Positions 40,242-52,999 of a stretch of 64,000 bases of DNA are shown in pieces. The position numbers and the translations under genes were made by a program. The notes under the pieces are model-generated. The model was not told the DNA's origin. It was given only the letters and a program-made list of their open reading frames with translations, and did no database searches. The stretch is from Takakia lepidozioides (lineage: Eukaryota > Plantae > Bryophyta): NCBI GenBank assembly GCA_030704615.1, contig CM060734.1, positions 44,392,001 to 44,456,000 on the forward strand, given 5' to 3'. How positions within the stretch are numbered: the first letter of the stretch is position 1; each line of letters begins with the position of its first letter.

Positions 40242-43200
40242 TCAGAACCCTGAAGAGCTTGTCAAGGCCAACTGGTTCCAATCCAAACCCATTCCCTCAA
40301 CATCTGGACTGACACGACCTCGTACTTGTCGTGCCATCATTGCCAAACCTTCAACAACACGAACCAATGCTATCCACCACCGGTCTTCCGACCCCTCCCG
40401 CTGCAGCAAGGACTCAGAAATGCTGGCATCATGCTCGCCTGACAGAACCTGGTGGAGAGTTTGTGCGGCATCACGAGTCCTCTCCAGAATGGTGACTTCA
40501 CTGTGAGCTTCACAGATTGCTGTTAAGTCTTGTTGTGAGGCAGTCAGGCTCATGGCTAGCGCCCACTGTGCGGCACTCGCCCACCGTGTTGAAGCTGCCC
40601 ACCTTTTTTTCTCGTTGTCTGCCTCCTTTTCAATCTCCGCAGTCATGTCCACCTCTCCCAACACAACCCGCTGCAAATAGCGAGCATTGGCAGCGCCAGT
40701 GCTGCGAACCATGCTTGAAAAGAGACTTTCGTCCTTCAACAGAAGATGCTGTGGCGTGTCCATTTCTACCAACCGTCCTGCATCCATCACAAGGATACGG
40801 TCGCTGTCAATGATAGTATTAAGTCGATGGGCTATAATGAGCATTGTGCATGACTTGAACTCCTCACGTATTGTCTTCTGGATAAGAGCATCTGTTCCCA
40901 CATCAACTGCAGCTGTCGCCTCATCAAGCACCAAAATCTTAGACCTCCTTAAGAGTGCACGAGCCAGGCTCAGAAGTTGCCTTTGTCCCACACTGAAATT
41001 CTCTCCACCCTCAGCCACCTCGGCTTCAAGACCTTGAGAGTTCCTTCGGACAACATCCTTTAAATGAGCCCTTTCCAGAGACTCCCACAGATCAGCATCT
41101 GTATGCTCATTAAAGGGGTCCAAATTGAAGCGAATAGAGCCCGAGAAGAGCACTGGAGTCTGGGGTATAATACCGAGGGTTTTCCTTAAGTCTGAAAGGC
41201 CCAAGGTTCTAATGTCCACACCATCAATGAAAATTTGGCCACTCTCAGCCTCAACAATCCGGAAGAGAGTATTGAACATGCTAGACTTTCCAGCCCCAGT
41301 GCGACCAACAACACCCACTTTTTCCATTGCTCGTATTTCAACAGATAGGCCGTGCAAAACTGGTGGCAAATCCGGCCTGTATCTCATCACTACCTGCTTG
41401 AACTCAATGGCTCCTGCAGATGGCCACCCAGGGGGCGGACGGTGGTCCTCAACCACAAGGGGGGCCTCAGATTCCAGGTCAGTGTAATTTCCCACTCGCT
41501 CGACAGAATTGAAGCTATTCTCTGCCATGCTTGCCAGGCGGAGAGTAACTGTCATCACAGAGGTAATGTTGAGGGCATAACTTAGGAGGAGGCCCATTTG
41601 AGGGGCAAACGCTGCCTGGTCACTAGCACGTGCATTTCCAAAAACAGCCAGTGTTGCTATCATCCAGATCATAAGACCCCCAAGAAACTCCAGCCGTAGA
41701 GAAAGCCACCTGTTGGAGCTCATGTTCACAACTGTAAATCGCGCATTCGTATCCATGGCATTTCCATTGACAGTGGCCATTCGGTCATAGGCCTCGTAAG
41801 CACGAATGGTAGCCAACCCATTCAAGGCCTCTCCAAACTGAGCATACACTGGAGACCGAGTTATGGAGTCCAGCCGTTTCACTTCCCTGGCAGTGCTCTG
41901 GAAATAGAGATACACTGCATAGAAAACCAGGAGCAGTGGCAAAATTGCCCACAGGGAGATCATATTCACGATTCCAATCAGGACAAATGTGGATATAAGC
42001 TGGAATAAATAGCTCAAGAACATATTCATATACACAGAAACAAAACGGTCAATGTCACCAGTGTCCTTAGCAAATCGATTGATAATTCTGCCAACAGGGT
42101 TTGCATGAAAAAATGACATGGGTGCTCGCAGAATCGCACCGAGCATTCCATCATGCAAATACTTAGCAGCTGCCAAGCTTGAAAGCACCAGCCAGAAGGA
42201 GTTCAGAAGTGTTACACACACCTGCCCAAATGATAGTACAGCATAGATTTCATTGTAATATGCAGGGCTATGTGTCTTAGGCTTGGTTTCATCTGTCCAG
42301 ATGCTAAGCCAGATACTGGTACAGAGTCGAATGACTTCACCCAATACGTAGGACAGAAACAGCACCCCCACCACCCACAGACCGCCCAGAGCTGCTTTGT
42401 ACCTCTCAAGGACCTTCCAAGTGATGATTCCAGTCTCTCTTTCCTCCTGCTTTGTGAGAACTGCCTTAGCATCTTCGGCCTTCTCCTTCTTCAAGCTGAT
42501 TGACCTCCTCATGGAAGGAGGCTTGTTGATCTTAGCATCATGGCCATTCACAGCCTCCCCACTTGTAGGAGTGTCAGCGACATGGTCAGCTTCATCTGCA
42601 ACATCCTCCATGCTTCCAGCATTCTCCATCAGCTGCTTGAAGAGAGGTCCATTTGCCAGCAGTTCATCATATGTGCCCTGCTCCTTGATCTCCCCCTGGT
42701 GCACCAAAACTATTCGATTGACCTGGGACAAAAAATGCAGCTGGTTTGTGACCAATATGCGTGTCTTTCCTCGCAATTCTTCCCGGAGACACGTATCAAA
42801 CACCTGACGTGCAACGTGAGCATCAAGGGCACTAAGAGGGTCGTCAAAGATATAGTTGTCGGCATTGGCATAGATGGCACGAGCTATGGAGACACGCTGC
42901 TTTTGCCCACCACTGATGTTCACCCCTCGCTCTCCTATCTCTGTCTGATCCCCACCTGGTAGCAGCATCAGGTCTTGAGCCAGCGCACTGGCGTGAATGG
43001 CCCTGTTGTATCGCTCAGAATCAAAGGGAGATCCAAACAGGATGTTGTCACGCACAGTTGCATTGAAGATCCATGAAACTTGTGCGACATATGCCACGCT
43101 GCCTCTAATAATAGCCCGACCGTCAGAAACGGGCGGCAACTCCCCAAGAATGGCTGATATAATAGAGGTTTTCCCCTCCCCAGTGCTTCCTACAATGGCT

Positions 43201-46187
43201 ACCAGGCTTCCTACCTCAACCTCTAGATTGATGTTCAACAAAGTTGGCCGCTCTGCATTAGATTCCCACGAGAAACTCCCATCTTTGATGGAGATAGCCG
43301 GCAAGCCAAGTTCCAGAGGGGGGTTCGGCTGCAGCACACGCTCATCAGCTAAAAGCAATTCTTGAAGTCTTTTCAGCGACACATTTGCATTAACAGCTGC
43401 AGTGATCAGCGCTGGGAACAAGACGAGAGGGAATCGAAGAACTGCAAAAAGAGAGAGGGATGTGAAGGCTTTGGCAGGGGTTAAAACTCCACCCAGAAAA
43501 GTGTAGATTCCAAACGCTAGCACTGTCACAGCTACTGGAATGGTGTTGAGAAGAAAGGTGTTGATTGCTGAAAGCAGTTGTGCCTTCCTAAACCAGCTAA
43601 GTTCATCATCTCGGATGCCTAGCACCTTGGCCCTGAAGCTATTTTCCCAAGCATAGCATTTGACAATATCCATGGCCGCAAGTATCTCGTTCATAAGACC
43701 AATCCGCTTGTCTGTACGCTGCAAGGCTTCCCGTGTCAGCCTCCGCATTCCGGTAATGACGAACGTCTGCACAGGAAACATGATCAGAAGCACAATTGAT
43801 GCCAGGATTGAAGCTATACCAAGCTGTTGGTATAAAAGTACAATGGCCACCACGATGCGTACGGGTGCAGACCAAAGCCCATGCAGTTGCTGGCCTATTT
43901 GCTGTATGGCTTCAGCATCAGTCGTCATAAGATTGGTGATTTTGCCCGTGGTGAAACCTGCACGGCCACTTTGTGTCAATCGCAAGGACTTCCGGAACAC
44001 TGCTGCAACCAAAGTCGATCGAGCTTGGAACCCTACACGCATGACATTCTGAAAGTACTGGCCTTCGCACAGCACCCCAAGCATCACACCAACAAAGATT
44101 GATGCTGCATACACATAGCCCTTCCATACTGGATCTCCATTTTGCATCGCCTCTAAGAGAAGACTCAAGAATATGGGTCCAACAAATTGGGAAGCATCAT
44201 TGCCAATCTTTAACAACCCACCAAGCCAGAATCTTGCTCCAAGGCTGCGGTTCAAAGCCCTTAGTAACCATGGATGGGGTTTTGAGAGCTCTTCCTCCCA
44301 ACACTGTTGAAATTTGGAGTAGAGTGTTTCCGTCTTGTCCCACACGTCAAGCTGCCAGATATCTCGGTCAAGAATAGGCCTCTTGTAGCCTGCCTTCATC
44401 AGCGGGGTCATCCAATTGAAGCACAGCATGGAGAAAATATTAGCCCGACGCTCTGGGCACACCTCCTCTTCCCCATCCAAGGGTTCATACTCAGCAGTTA
44501 CACTTTGAAACTCTTCAGTGGAGACGGCCCGGTAGTCTGTCTGAAGTACCATGCTTGGAAAGTGAATGAGATAAACAATGCTCAACAAAGCGTGACAAGC
44601 GTAGTGACTGATGACAACTTCAAAAATAAACTTGCTGTAGTAATCTTTGAGGTTGAACGCAAACTGCAACATGGTCGTTTCCGCCACCACCACATAGAGG
44701 ATCGCAAAGCGCATATACCAAATCAAATCTTTTGTGTAACTCTTCAGTTCAACACACAGCATGACCACAATAGCGATCCATGTCACACAAGACACCACCA
44801 GGGTTGTCATCTGCAAGCACAACAGCAGGGTTCAGCACCAGAAGAAGAAATAAGTGGTGTATCGCTTCAGAGAACAGTATCAAAACATCTATATCCCTTA
44901 TTGTCACTCCCAGTCCAGAGGACCTCTACCTCTGATGAAAAATAGATGCAGGAATTGGTACACTGTCCTTTTGAGGGTGCACTTTATCTGTAAATCCGCT
45001 GGACATTAAACAAGTCTCTTTTCATACAAACAGCAGTAAATTTAAAGCTTGCCCCTCATTCATGTTAATAATTCCCGTCTGAGTTGGCACTGCTACCATG
45101 CCTACACAAGTCGTGTGGCTCCTGAATTTTGAGGGATTGGGCTAGTTCAATTTCGCCAAACCTGTATTTGCTGGGTTTATACATGAGAAAATTGTAATAA
45201 TAGTGGTGTTTTGACATCGAGCAGATGTCTTAGCTTGGTGATCTTGCAGTTCAGTTGAGCATTGGTTCTGTGATAGCCGTCGGAGGCCCCTGAGAGCAGC
45301 ATATTTGTTACTCCTCTTTAAAACCTCTTAGTTAAAATATGTGCAATTTTTAGATCATTTTTTCAGGTCGAATAAAACATGTTATCCCCTCTTGAATCCT
45401 TTTAACAACGTCAGCGTATGAAGATTCTGTTCATACTACAATACTTCCAATGGTAGCTACCATTACTGGTGAGGAGTTTCATATTGGTGGTAACCCCCAT
45501 TTTCACCTCCTTCTGTCCTTGCTCCTTCCCCCTTTATGTGGGTGCTTAACGTTCCCACCAACAGACGAGCTTCTCTTCAAAAAGCTTAAACTACTGGACC
45601 ATATCTGAAACAGGTGGGTTGGTGGACCACCCCCTCTTAGCTGGAATAGTCAGCAGTTCATAGACATTACCTACCACACGGGTATGGACTGATCTGTGCT
45701 TGTCCATTCATTCTCGGATGTGGGTAACTTTCTCCCAGTGGATTGATGGATCATTATAATCATCATCGTACTCTAATTTATCTCCCTCAAAAGGGTTCCA
45801 CGAGAGCAAATTTCCTCCAAATTAGAAAGGAAGCGAGAGAGAGAGAAATTGTACCTCAAACAAGGGCATGGAACTCTCTCCATCCAGATTGACTGTCGAT
45901 ATGCCCAGAATGATCTGCACCAGCGGCTCAACCGCGCAGTAGGCAGCTAACACGATCGCGAAATAATGACCCCGCGCATTCTCCACCTTAAATCTCTTGA
46001 TTGATTGGCCATACAACAGCTTACGAATTCGCAAGACTGCGAGGAAAAATAGGGCTAAATAGGATAAGCCAATAAGCACAGAGTCTACCAAGCACGGAGT
46101 ATAAGCCCCAAAACCGCTCGGAAGCTTTGTACCCCATACCCCTCCTACAACGGGCCTGCAGAAAGAGGCCAACAAATTCCCCCCCAT
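40242..46187 (-). CDS. ABCC: ABC transporter C family (MRP; ABCC1/ABCC2-like), 2 exons, about 1633 aa
   Basis: Exon 1 46187-45855 ([10 protein letters not shown]...[10 protein letters not shown]) and exon 2 44810-40242, joined by a phase-0 GT-AG intron. Walker A GSTGEGKT and GRTGAGKS, signatures ISGGQKQR and FSVGQRQL, Walker [10 protein letters not shown]. Confidence 0.95.
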
Positions 46188-47070
46188 TGCCACTCCCTCT
46201 CCAACAATCTCAACTCAAACACCCAACCCTCCTCCCTCCTTCCGTCATACCACCACCATATTTCCCGATCTGTAGCACTGTAAACACATAATCATCCGGG
46301 ACAGGACCCACTCCCCTCCCCTCCCCTCCCCTCCCTCCACCCCTCTTTGTCACTCCAACTCATTCCAGCTAGCTCGCCATACCAGCGATGAGAAGCGATT
46401 TGTCGGACGAACAAGACGGTCCCAATGCCGAGGAGGTCCTCATTTCCGCGCAGCTCCATCCACGTCCAGTTTCCTTTCTCGTTGCAAATTGTTCCAGGAT
46501 GGATGAAGTTGTTCAACGGTCCACGGCTATAGGAGAACCAATGTGTGAGTTTGAAGGGGGCGGGAAATCTGCTGCTGCTCGCAACCTTCCGGCCTTGTGA
46601 CTTGCGCGCAGTTTGACCTACACTATAATACCTTGCTGGTCCTCTGCAACCAATCTGACTACCCCTTTTTTCTTCTTTCTTTGTTTTTTTCTTCCGCACC
46701 ATCAACCCTTGTAAACGACAGTAGGGTAAGTAGTTTGACTTTGTCCAGAAAATTTGAAAATTGACCCCAATGTAGGTATTGTGCCCACCTAGGTCCTGAA
46801 GGTAGTGGCTTGAGGCACACAGACCTAACTTAGTAGGTGACGAATCCAACGGATCTACCAAAAAGATATAACCGGGGCTTGTTTTGTGGAATGGCGATCG
46901 TCCATCTAAAGTAAGAAAAATTGGTAGATTTGGAACGTGCCGGCGGTTGGTGAAAGCACAGTGACGACCCAACAACTTGTAACAAGCGTGTGCAAGCAAG
47001 GGACACCCAATGTGCACAAAGACCAAGATGGCATCTTCAGGCCCCACTCCTCGCGAAACTGTATACTTAA

Positions 47071-47839
47071 CCCTTAAAGGACGAGCTATTTTTTGGTGGG
47101 CCCACTAAAAAAGAGTATATACACTTATGGATGGGGGTGTAACTTCTTACCCCCAATCATCCAAGGGGATGAACCTTATACTTATGTGCATATCTACTAT
47201 GTAGACATCCTGTAAAAAATGTAGGCAAATTGACCATTGCATTTTGGAGATTATAACAAAATAATATGCCCTAATTTGTAAATGTATTCAAAAATTGCAT
47301 GCAAAAACTTGTTTGACCATAAAATACAGTATCGAGTTGAATCTTCCTAGACAAAGCCCCTCCATAATCTGATTATATGGCACCTAAACCACTGCCTCCC
47401 ACAAAAATCAGACCAAAATTCCAAAAATTCAGATAGGCTGCTTTGCATGTGAAATCTGGGGGGGGGGTAAATTATCTTGTTTTAGCTTCTTTCACAATTA
47501 CACCCATGAGATGATATTTGTTTTCCAATTCCTTTGGTAAGTAAGAGTGCCCAGTAACATTTCATAGTGATTATGATAAATTTTCAGCCCTAGATGTTAT
47601 TTTGAAGATTGCCCATTTGGCTGCCACGTAGGCAGGTCAATGGTGCTCTAACACTGGAATTTCTGACCCCTTGGCACTTTGAAAAATTCTAGGGAGCAGA
47701 GCCTTTATGATTTTTTGGCGCTGTAAATTCCCACAAGTGCTCCTCTCTGACATCCACACTTTATCTTCAAGGTTCACTTCCATCCACTATCAAACTGGAG
47801 CGTGGCAAAAACCTGACGGGTCGTGTCGTCCTTTAGGGG
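47071..47839. mobile_element. piggyBac-like MITE (769 bp)
   Basis: TTAA|CCCTTAAAGGACGA at 47067-47084 and TCGTCCTTTAGGGG|TTAA at 47826-47843; 14-bp TIR with one mismatch. Confidence 0.8.
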
Positions 47840-48243
47840 TTAACTTTGCCCCAAGTGCAAATCAGAGTAATCTGAAAGTAGAACCTAGCGCTCCACTTTG
47901 GCCCATATCCTATGGCGGTGGTTTTACTAAAATCTACAAAAATCTGAAAAAGTTGTGGATTGTTAAACACCTCAAAATGCCCATTTTGGGCTTGTTGGGT
48001 ATTAAAGGAATAACCGAAACCCAATAGCCAACATGAAAATTTGAAGTGGTATAGTCTACTCTCTATATATGTGTTACACCTAGGAAATGCAAAAAATATA
48101 ACTCCACATATAGATATTAAGAATAAGAGTCTTTCAGAATAAACAATTAACCCAGAGCTGAAAACCGGAAACCAACAGTTTAAATGATCCCCATCTTAAG
48201 TAAAATTAAAGAGCTGATAGGTTTAATTGATATATGTCATGAC

Positions 48244-48760
48244 CAATGTTGTACTGGTTTTTAGGGTTAACCCGGGTATCAATAGTGGGTATTGACCTGG
48301 TACGAGACAACCTACTAAGGCGGGTAGGCGACGGCCACTAAACCTGGGATAGACCAGTGTTACCCTAATTGGGACCGCCACCCTCCCAGACAATGCAGAG
48401 CTCAATACCAGTTTCAAAGACCATGTTTTCCCTCTTGAATCCTGGGTAGGGTGTTGCACAACACTAACACACATTCACGGGGAAGGGTGACATGTGACTA
48501 GATGTCACATGGAGTTGAGCCTATCTTGTGGTGAAAATAAACTTCATACCCGGGTTGATATGTGTATGGTATTGCACAATTTCAATCCTTGCTATTGATA
48601 GCACATACTAGTTCTTGCAAATTGCAATATGCGTACCAGTATTCTATTTGGGAAATCCTTGCTTTGCAATACCTAGGGCCATACCAGTGTTCCCATTTCA
48701 AAACAAATCAAGCCCCGGACCCGGCTAGTATGTTGAAAATTCGATACCAATACAACACTC
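48244..48760. mobile_element. hAT-type MITE (517 bp)
   Basis: 8-bp TSD GTCATGAC (48236-48243, 48761-48768); imperfect TIRs CAATGTTGTACTGGT and ACCAATACAACACTC. Confidence 0.8.
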
Positions 48761-49256
48761 GTCATGACCCTTTGACCAAGTTGTCTTGTTATAAATCTAT
48801 ACATGCATGCATTTGAAGAACATTAACACTTACTTAAGAGTTGTTTAATAAAGGAGGGAGTGGAAAAACGTCATAACACTTAACACTTATTTTGTAAAAT
48901 CTTGGGGAGTAAAACAGATAACAAATAAAGAGGGCTAACAAATATGGAGGGAACATCATGATTTATGGAGGACGGTAGACTACCTATACGGTTTTAATGT
49001 GCACATAAGTTTTTTTCTTTTTCTTTTTCTTTTTGAAAATAGGTGCGGCGACTTGATGAATTGTCACTACATTCCAAATAACAACAAAAAATAACCTTGG
49101 AGAGGCCTTAAGGGAAATATCATAGATGTGGGCACTGCCCGAAGCTAACAGAGTTCACCAAGATGTAACAAACTATGATTCAACTCTGAGAAGGAGAAAA
49201 AACTAGAGATGGACTGTCACCCCAAAAACAAACACAAAATGAACAGTCGAGTAATA

Positions 49257-49566
49257 GCCAAGGCCATCTTGTCATGCAAAGAATAAAACCAAAGTGTAGA
49301 AGCACTATCTCCAAAACACAAGCCAATAGATCGACCTAAATAGAGTCACAAATAGCTGACTGTAAGATGACTAGAAGCTAAGAGCACTGTAGGATCCAAA
49401 AATAGACACAAATTGAAAAGTCAGGTGACAACCAAGGCCATCTTGTCATGTTGAAAATAAAACCAAAGTGAGGAAGCACTAGCTCCAAAACAAGAGCCAA
49501 ACAAACAACCCAAACAACCCAAACAAAATCACAAATAGATTGCAAGATGACTAGAAACTTAAAGCC
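49257..49566. repeat. Diverged tandem duplication, period about 175 bp
   Basis: CCAAGGCCATCTTGTCATG...AATAAAACCAAAGTG...TCACAAATAG...AAGATGACTAGAA occurs at about 49258 and 49432. Confidence 0.75.
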
Positions 49567-49583
49567 TAGCGGGAGGCAACAAA

Positions 49584-50365
49584 GCCTCTCATTATTTAAT
49601 AATAGCGAGTTCAATGCGCCTATGGGCCCCGCCAATACGGCCCATGGGGTGAGCTCATGAACCCACCCCCCTTTCACCTGGTCTAGATTCTGAATTTTTT
49701 CTAAGTCATATTAACAGCGGCGGACCTTCTAGCGGACTGGCCAGACCCTCCAAGGGACTGATTCCTCCAGCAGACTGACTCCAACTGGCAAGCGGACTGA
49801 CCAACAGACTGGCGATTGGCGAGCAGACTGACCGACGAACTGGCGAGCGGACTGGCAATTGGAGAGCGGACTCAGCAGCATACTGGCGATTGGCGAGCGG
49901 ACTAACATAGTCCGGCAGACTGGCGAGCTGACTCACCAGCAGACTGGCGATTGACGAGCGGACTAACCGGACTGACCAATGGACTCCAACTGGTGAGCGC
50001 CTAACTCCAACCTTCAGACCCTCCTCAAACAAAATATATATTTATAATTAACATACATTACCACCACAATATCACCTGCCAAGATTTGAATACCAAACCT
50101 CATGTTCATCACAAGTTGCTCTTTAACACCACACTATCCTCTGCTTTCTGCAACCATTTGAAATAAATAATTATTTATCTACATATTTCAGGTGTTTTGT
50201 GGGCCCAGCAAACTCACTCCCCCCTCTCATTTCCCCTGTGCCCGCCCCGGGGCGGCTCACCGAGCAGACTGACCCCGGGCGCCCCACCCGTTGCGACCCC
50301 TCTCCCACATGCGGGCCCCGCCGCAACCACCGCATTGATCTCTTTATTATTAAGTAATGAGAAGC
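49584..50365. mobile_element. Mutator-like (MULE) MITE (782 bp) with an internal minisatellite
   Basis: 9-bp TSD GGCAACAAA (49575-49583, 50366-50374); approx. 35-bp imperfect TIR GC(C/T)TCTCATTA(T/C)TTAATAATA..GAG.TCAATGCG. Confidence 0.8.
49716..50012. repeat. Minisatellite built from AGCGGACT, AGACTGGCG and ATTGGCG units
   Basis: Repeated GAGCGGACT(G/A)ACC and CAGACTGGCGATTGGC units. Confidence 0.8.
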
Positions 50366-52999
50366 GGCAACAAATTGCCAAAGACTAAAACATAAATTAA
50401 ACAACTTATAAATGGATGTACTAAGGTCTTTTTAGATTAGGCGTAAAATGTGTTGGCACATAGAAATGTGCATCTTGCGCTATACAATGATTTCAATATG
50501 TACCCCGGTCATTGGAAAAATAAAATTGACCAAAGGCGAGAGGATATCTAGGAGTTTGTATGGGCCCCACATGGCTACTGGATGTCGGCCCATATGCGGT
50601 CCGTGCCCATTCTCTATTCTAGAACATTCTAGAATAGAGAATGTTCTAGAGGGAGTGCCAGAAGTGCTTCTATAGTCGCGTGGGAGACAAAGACTAGCAC
50701 GAGGAGGGAGGTGGCGGTAGGGGCTGGTGGCTTGTTGGTGGCAACTAGGACCAGCAGGAAGATGGAGGCTCCAGGGAGGCTGTGTATGGGATATTGCAAC
50801 AAGTTCTCTACTTCGTTTCATTGTTGACATAGTGACATTTCAACATGCTATGTATTCTTTATGTCCCTAGGTGATAGGGGTTGGGCACGAACAAGAGGGT
50901 TGAGGGTCTAAAACTGTGTTATACAGGGGATTTTATGCTGAGTGGCGAGTTATATGTCAACATATATTTTATTGTGTTGCTAAGATGTGTATGTGACTAT
51001 GATTTTTCTACCCAAAATTACATTTGCAACGGAGTTTGTTGTATTCCATTACGATGTTGTATGAGTTTACACTGATTTTATAAAGCCTGATTCAAGGTGA
51101 ATATATGTATAGCTCCACCTCTGCATTTCAATATGACTGGCAGCACGCAGCTTTCTGTAAGTCTGGCTTCAAGTACAGAGTTAAATTTCCTTTATTGCCT
51201 TTTCGGATTATCTCAAGATTCTTCTATTTATCTTTTGATATTCCATGTGGAGTGTTCAAGACAAGCCCATGAGTGGTTGTCTCTTATATGTGAAAAACTA
51301 ACCCTCTAATGTGAGAGGAGAGCTTGGTTTAAGTAAAAGGTTCACTTGTTAAAGGAGAAGGTGCGCACGAGAAGGTTGGTATCACAAGAGCCATAAGTGT
51401 GCATTGTGCGAACTCTTGGCCACATCTGCTGAGCCAATGTACACACCCATAATCTATGGCCTCTACATTACCTGACATAACCATGCTAGTTGGGACCTCC
51501 ACAAACTATTGTGGCAACACTCCAATATCTATTGGTTTATGCTCATCAACACTGGCATATACCAAGACCAGTCCCCTAGCCATACGGTCCCACCCTACTC
51601 CGATGCTCTTGTCGGACCTCCCCATGTATATGCCAGTACACCTTTGCCAAGATACCTCCTAGTCAAAGGTCTACCTCTACGACCAACAAGTTTATAATCC
51701 ACTTTGTAGAACTGACGTACTGCCATGAGTACTACCCCAAACCAGCTACCCTTATTATCTTTGCCCTTAGGTGTCATCATTGGCGCATTGGCCCCTTCAC
51801 TGGACACATCATGGCGGGCATGCGTGGGGAATTGGCCACACACAATCTAAACTCTCTTTACTCTGACCAAAAAATACCACTGAGAGTCTAAAAAAATTCT
51901 TCTCAAGGCCATCAGATCTCTCATAACCATCATCAACAATAAGAACAAACTTGCACCACCCATAAACTCACAAATTGTTTGTTAGATGCCCTTATAGAGC
52001 CCACCCCAAAAAGCAGACAATACGCACAAGGCGAAGTGTCGTTACTCTTAACCACCACACTACCCGTTGCTTTCTACAAACCTTGAAATAATTAATGTTT
52101 TATGTGGATTACCAAAGCCTATTACCAGAGCTTGTAGGCAGGTCATGGCCCCCTCTTGGTTGAGACCTACCGCAGCAGACCTGCTTGCCCGGTAGACCCA
52201 GCAAAAGACCTGCTTGTCTTTGCCTTAAGGCATGGTCCCACCAAGGGTTGGTATCTCGTGAGCACAATGTAAGCAGGAAAAAAAACTCACATGAGCACGA
52301 TCCACAGTTATAGGGATAATATGTTTGCAAACGGACTTACAAGTAATAGTTGGACATAGGGTATTGGCTAATTACATGGTCTAAGAGTAAATTCTAGCTT
52401 CAACCTTTTGTAAAATAAATATTTAATTATGAAACATTGATTTTAGTACTATAATATTATAAATAGCAATATTAGACTGAAATTTAAACTCGGGAACAAT
52501 AAACATATGCAGGGAGGAAGAGGAGATTGTAGTTGCCAATGACAACCTGACGACAATATCCATTTTCTGATACATTGTCCGGGATATTCTCACTAGAGAG
52601 TGACCCTCTTCAAGCCGACCAAAGATCACTGTCCGGGCACCTTTTGTTTACCAACTTTGAGGTTGAGCCTTAGACCGTGACCATATTGGGGTTTAACTTT
52701 TGGGCTGCTCACACATAGCAGATTGATGCTTGTGTGAAGGGCTTTCTAGCGATATAATATTTTTAATAACAACAGTATTTCGCTAGCGAAATCGAGGAGT
52801 ACTCATATATCAAGTTTAGTCGAGTTCTGTTGGCAACATTATAATAAGAGTCCGAAGGTCATCTGAAGATGGAGAGCACAACTCGGAGGCAATGAGCTGA
52901 GAAGGTAAGGAGTCGGACAAGAACTGCAGTGACATTGTCAAGATAGGTGAAGTATTCAGAACTTGAGCTGAGTTCTAAATTTGGGGTCTCGACTTTTCT

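Noticed and set aside
40517-44945. Many antisense ORFs over ABCC, LINE and glutaredoxin coding regions
   Set aside because: Shadow frames of real coding sequence.
46292-47047. 251-aa ORF upstream of ABCC
   Set aside because: No recognisable domain, non-ATG start, and it overlaps the probable promoter.
49587-50362. Two facing Helitron 5' ends (TCTCATTA...)
   Set aside because: Better explained as TIRs of one element, given the 9-bp TSD.
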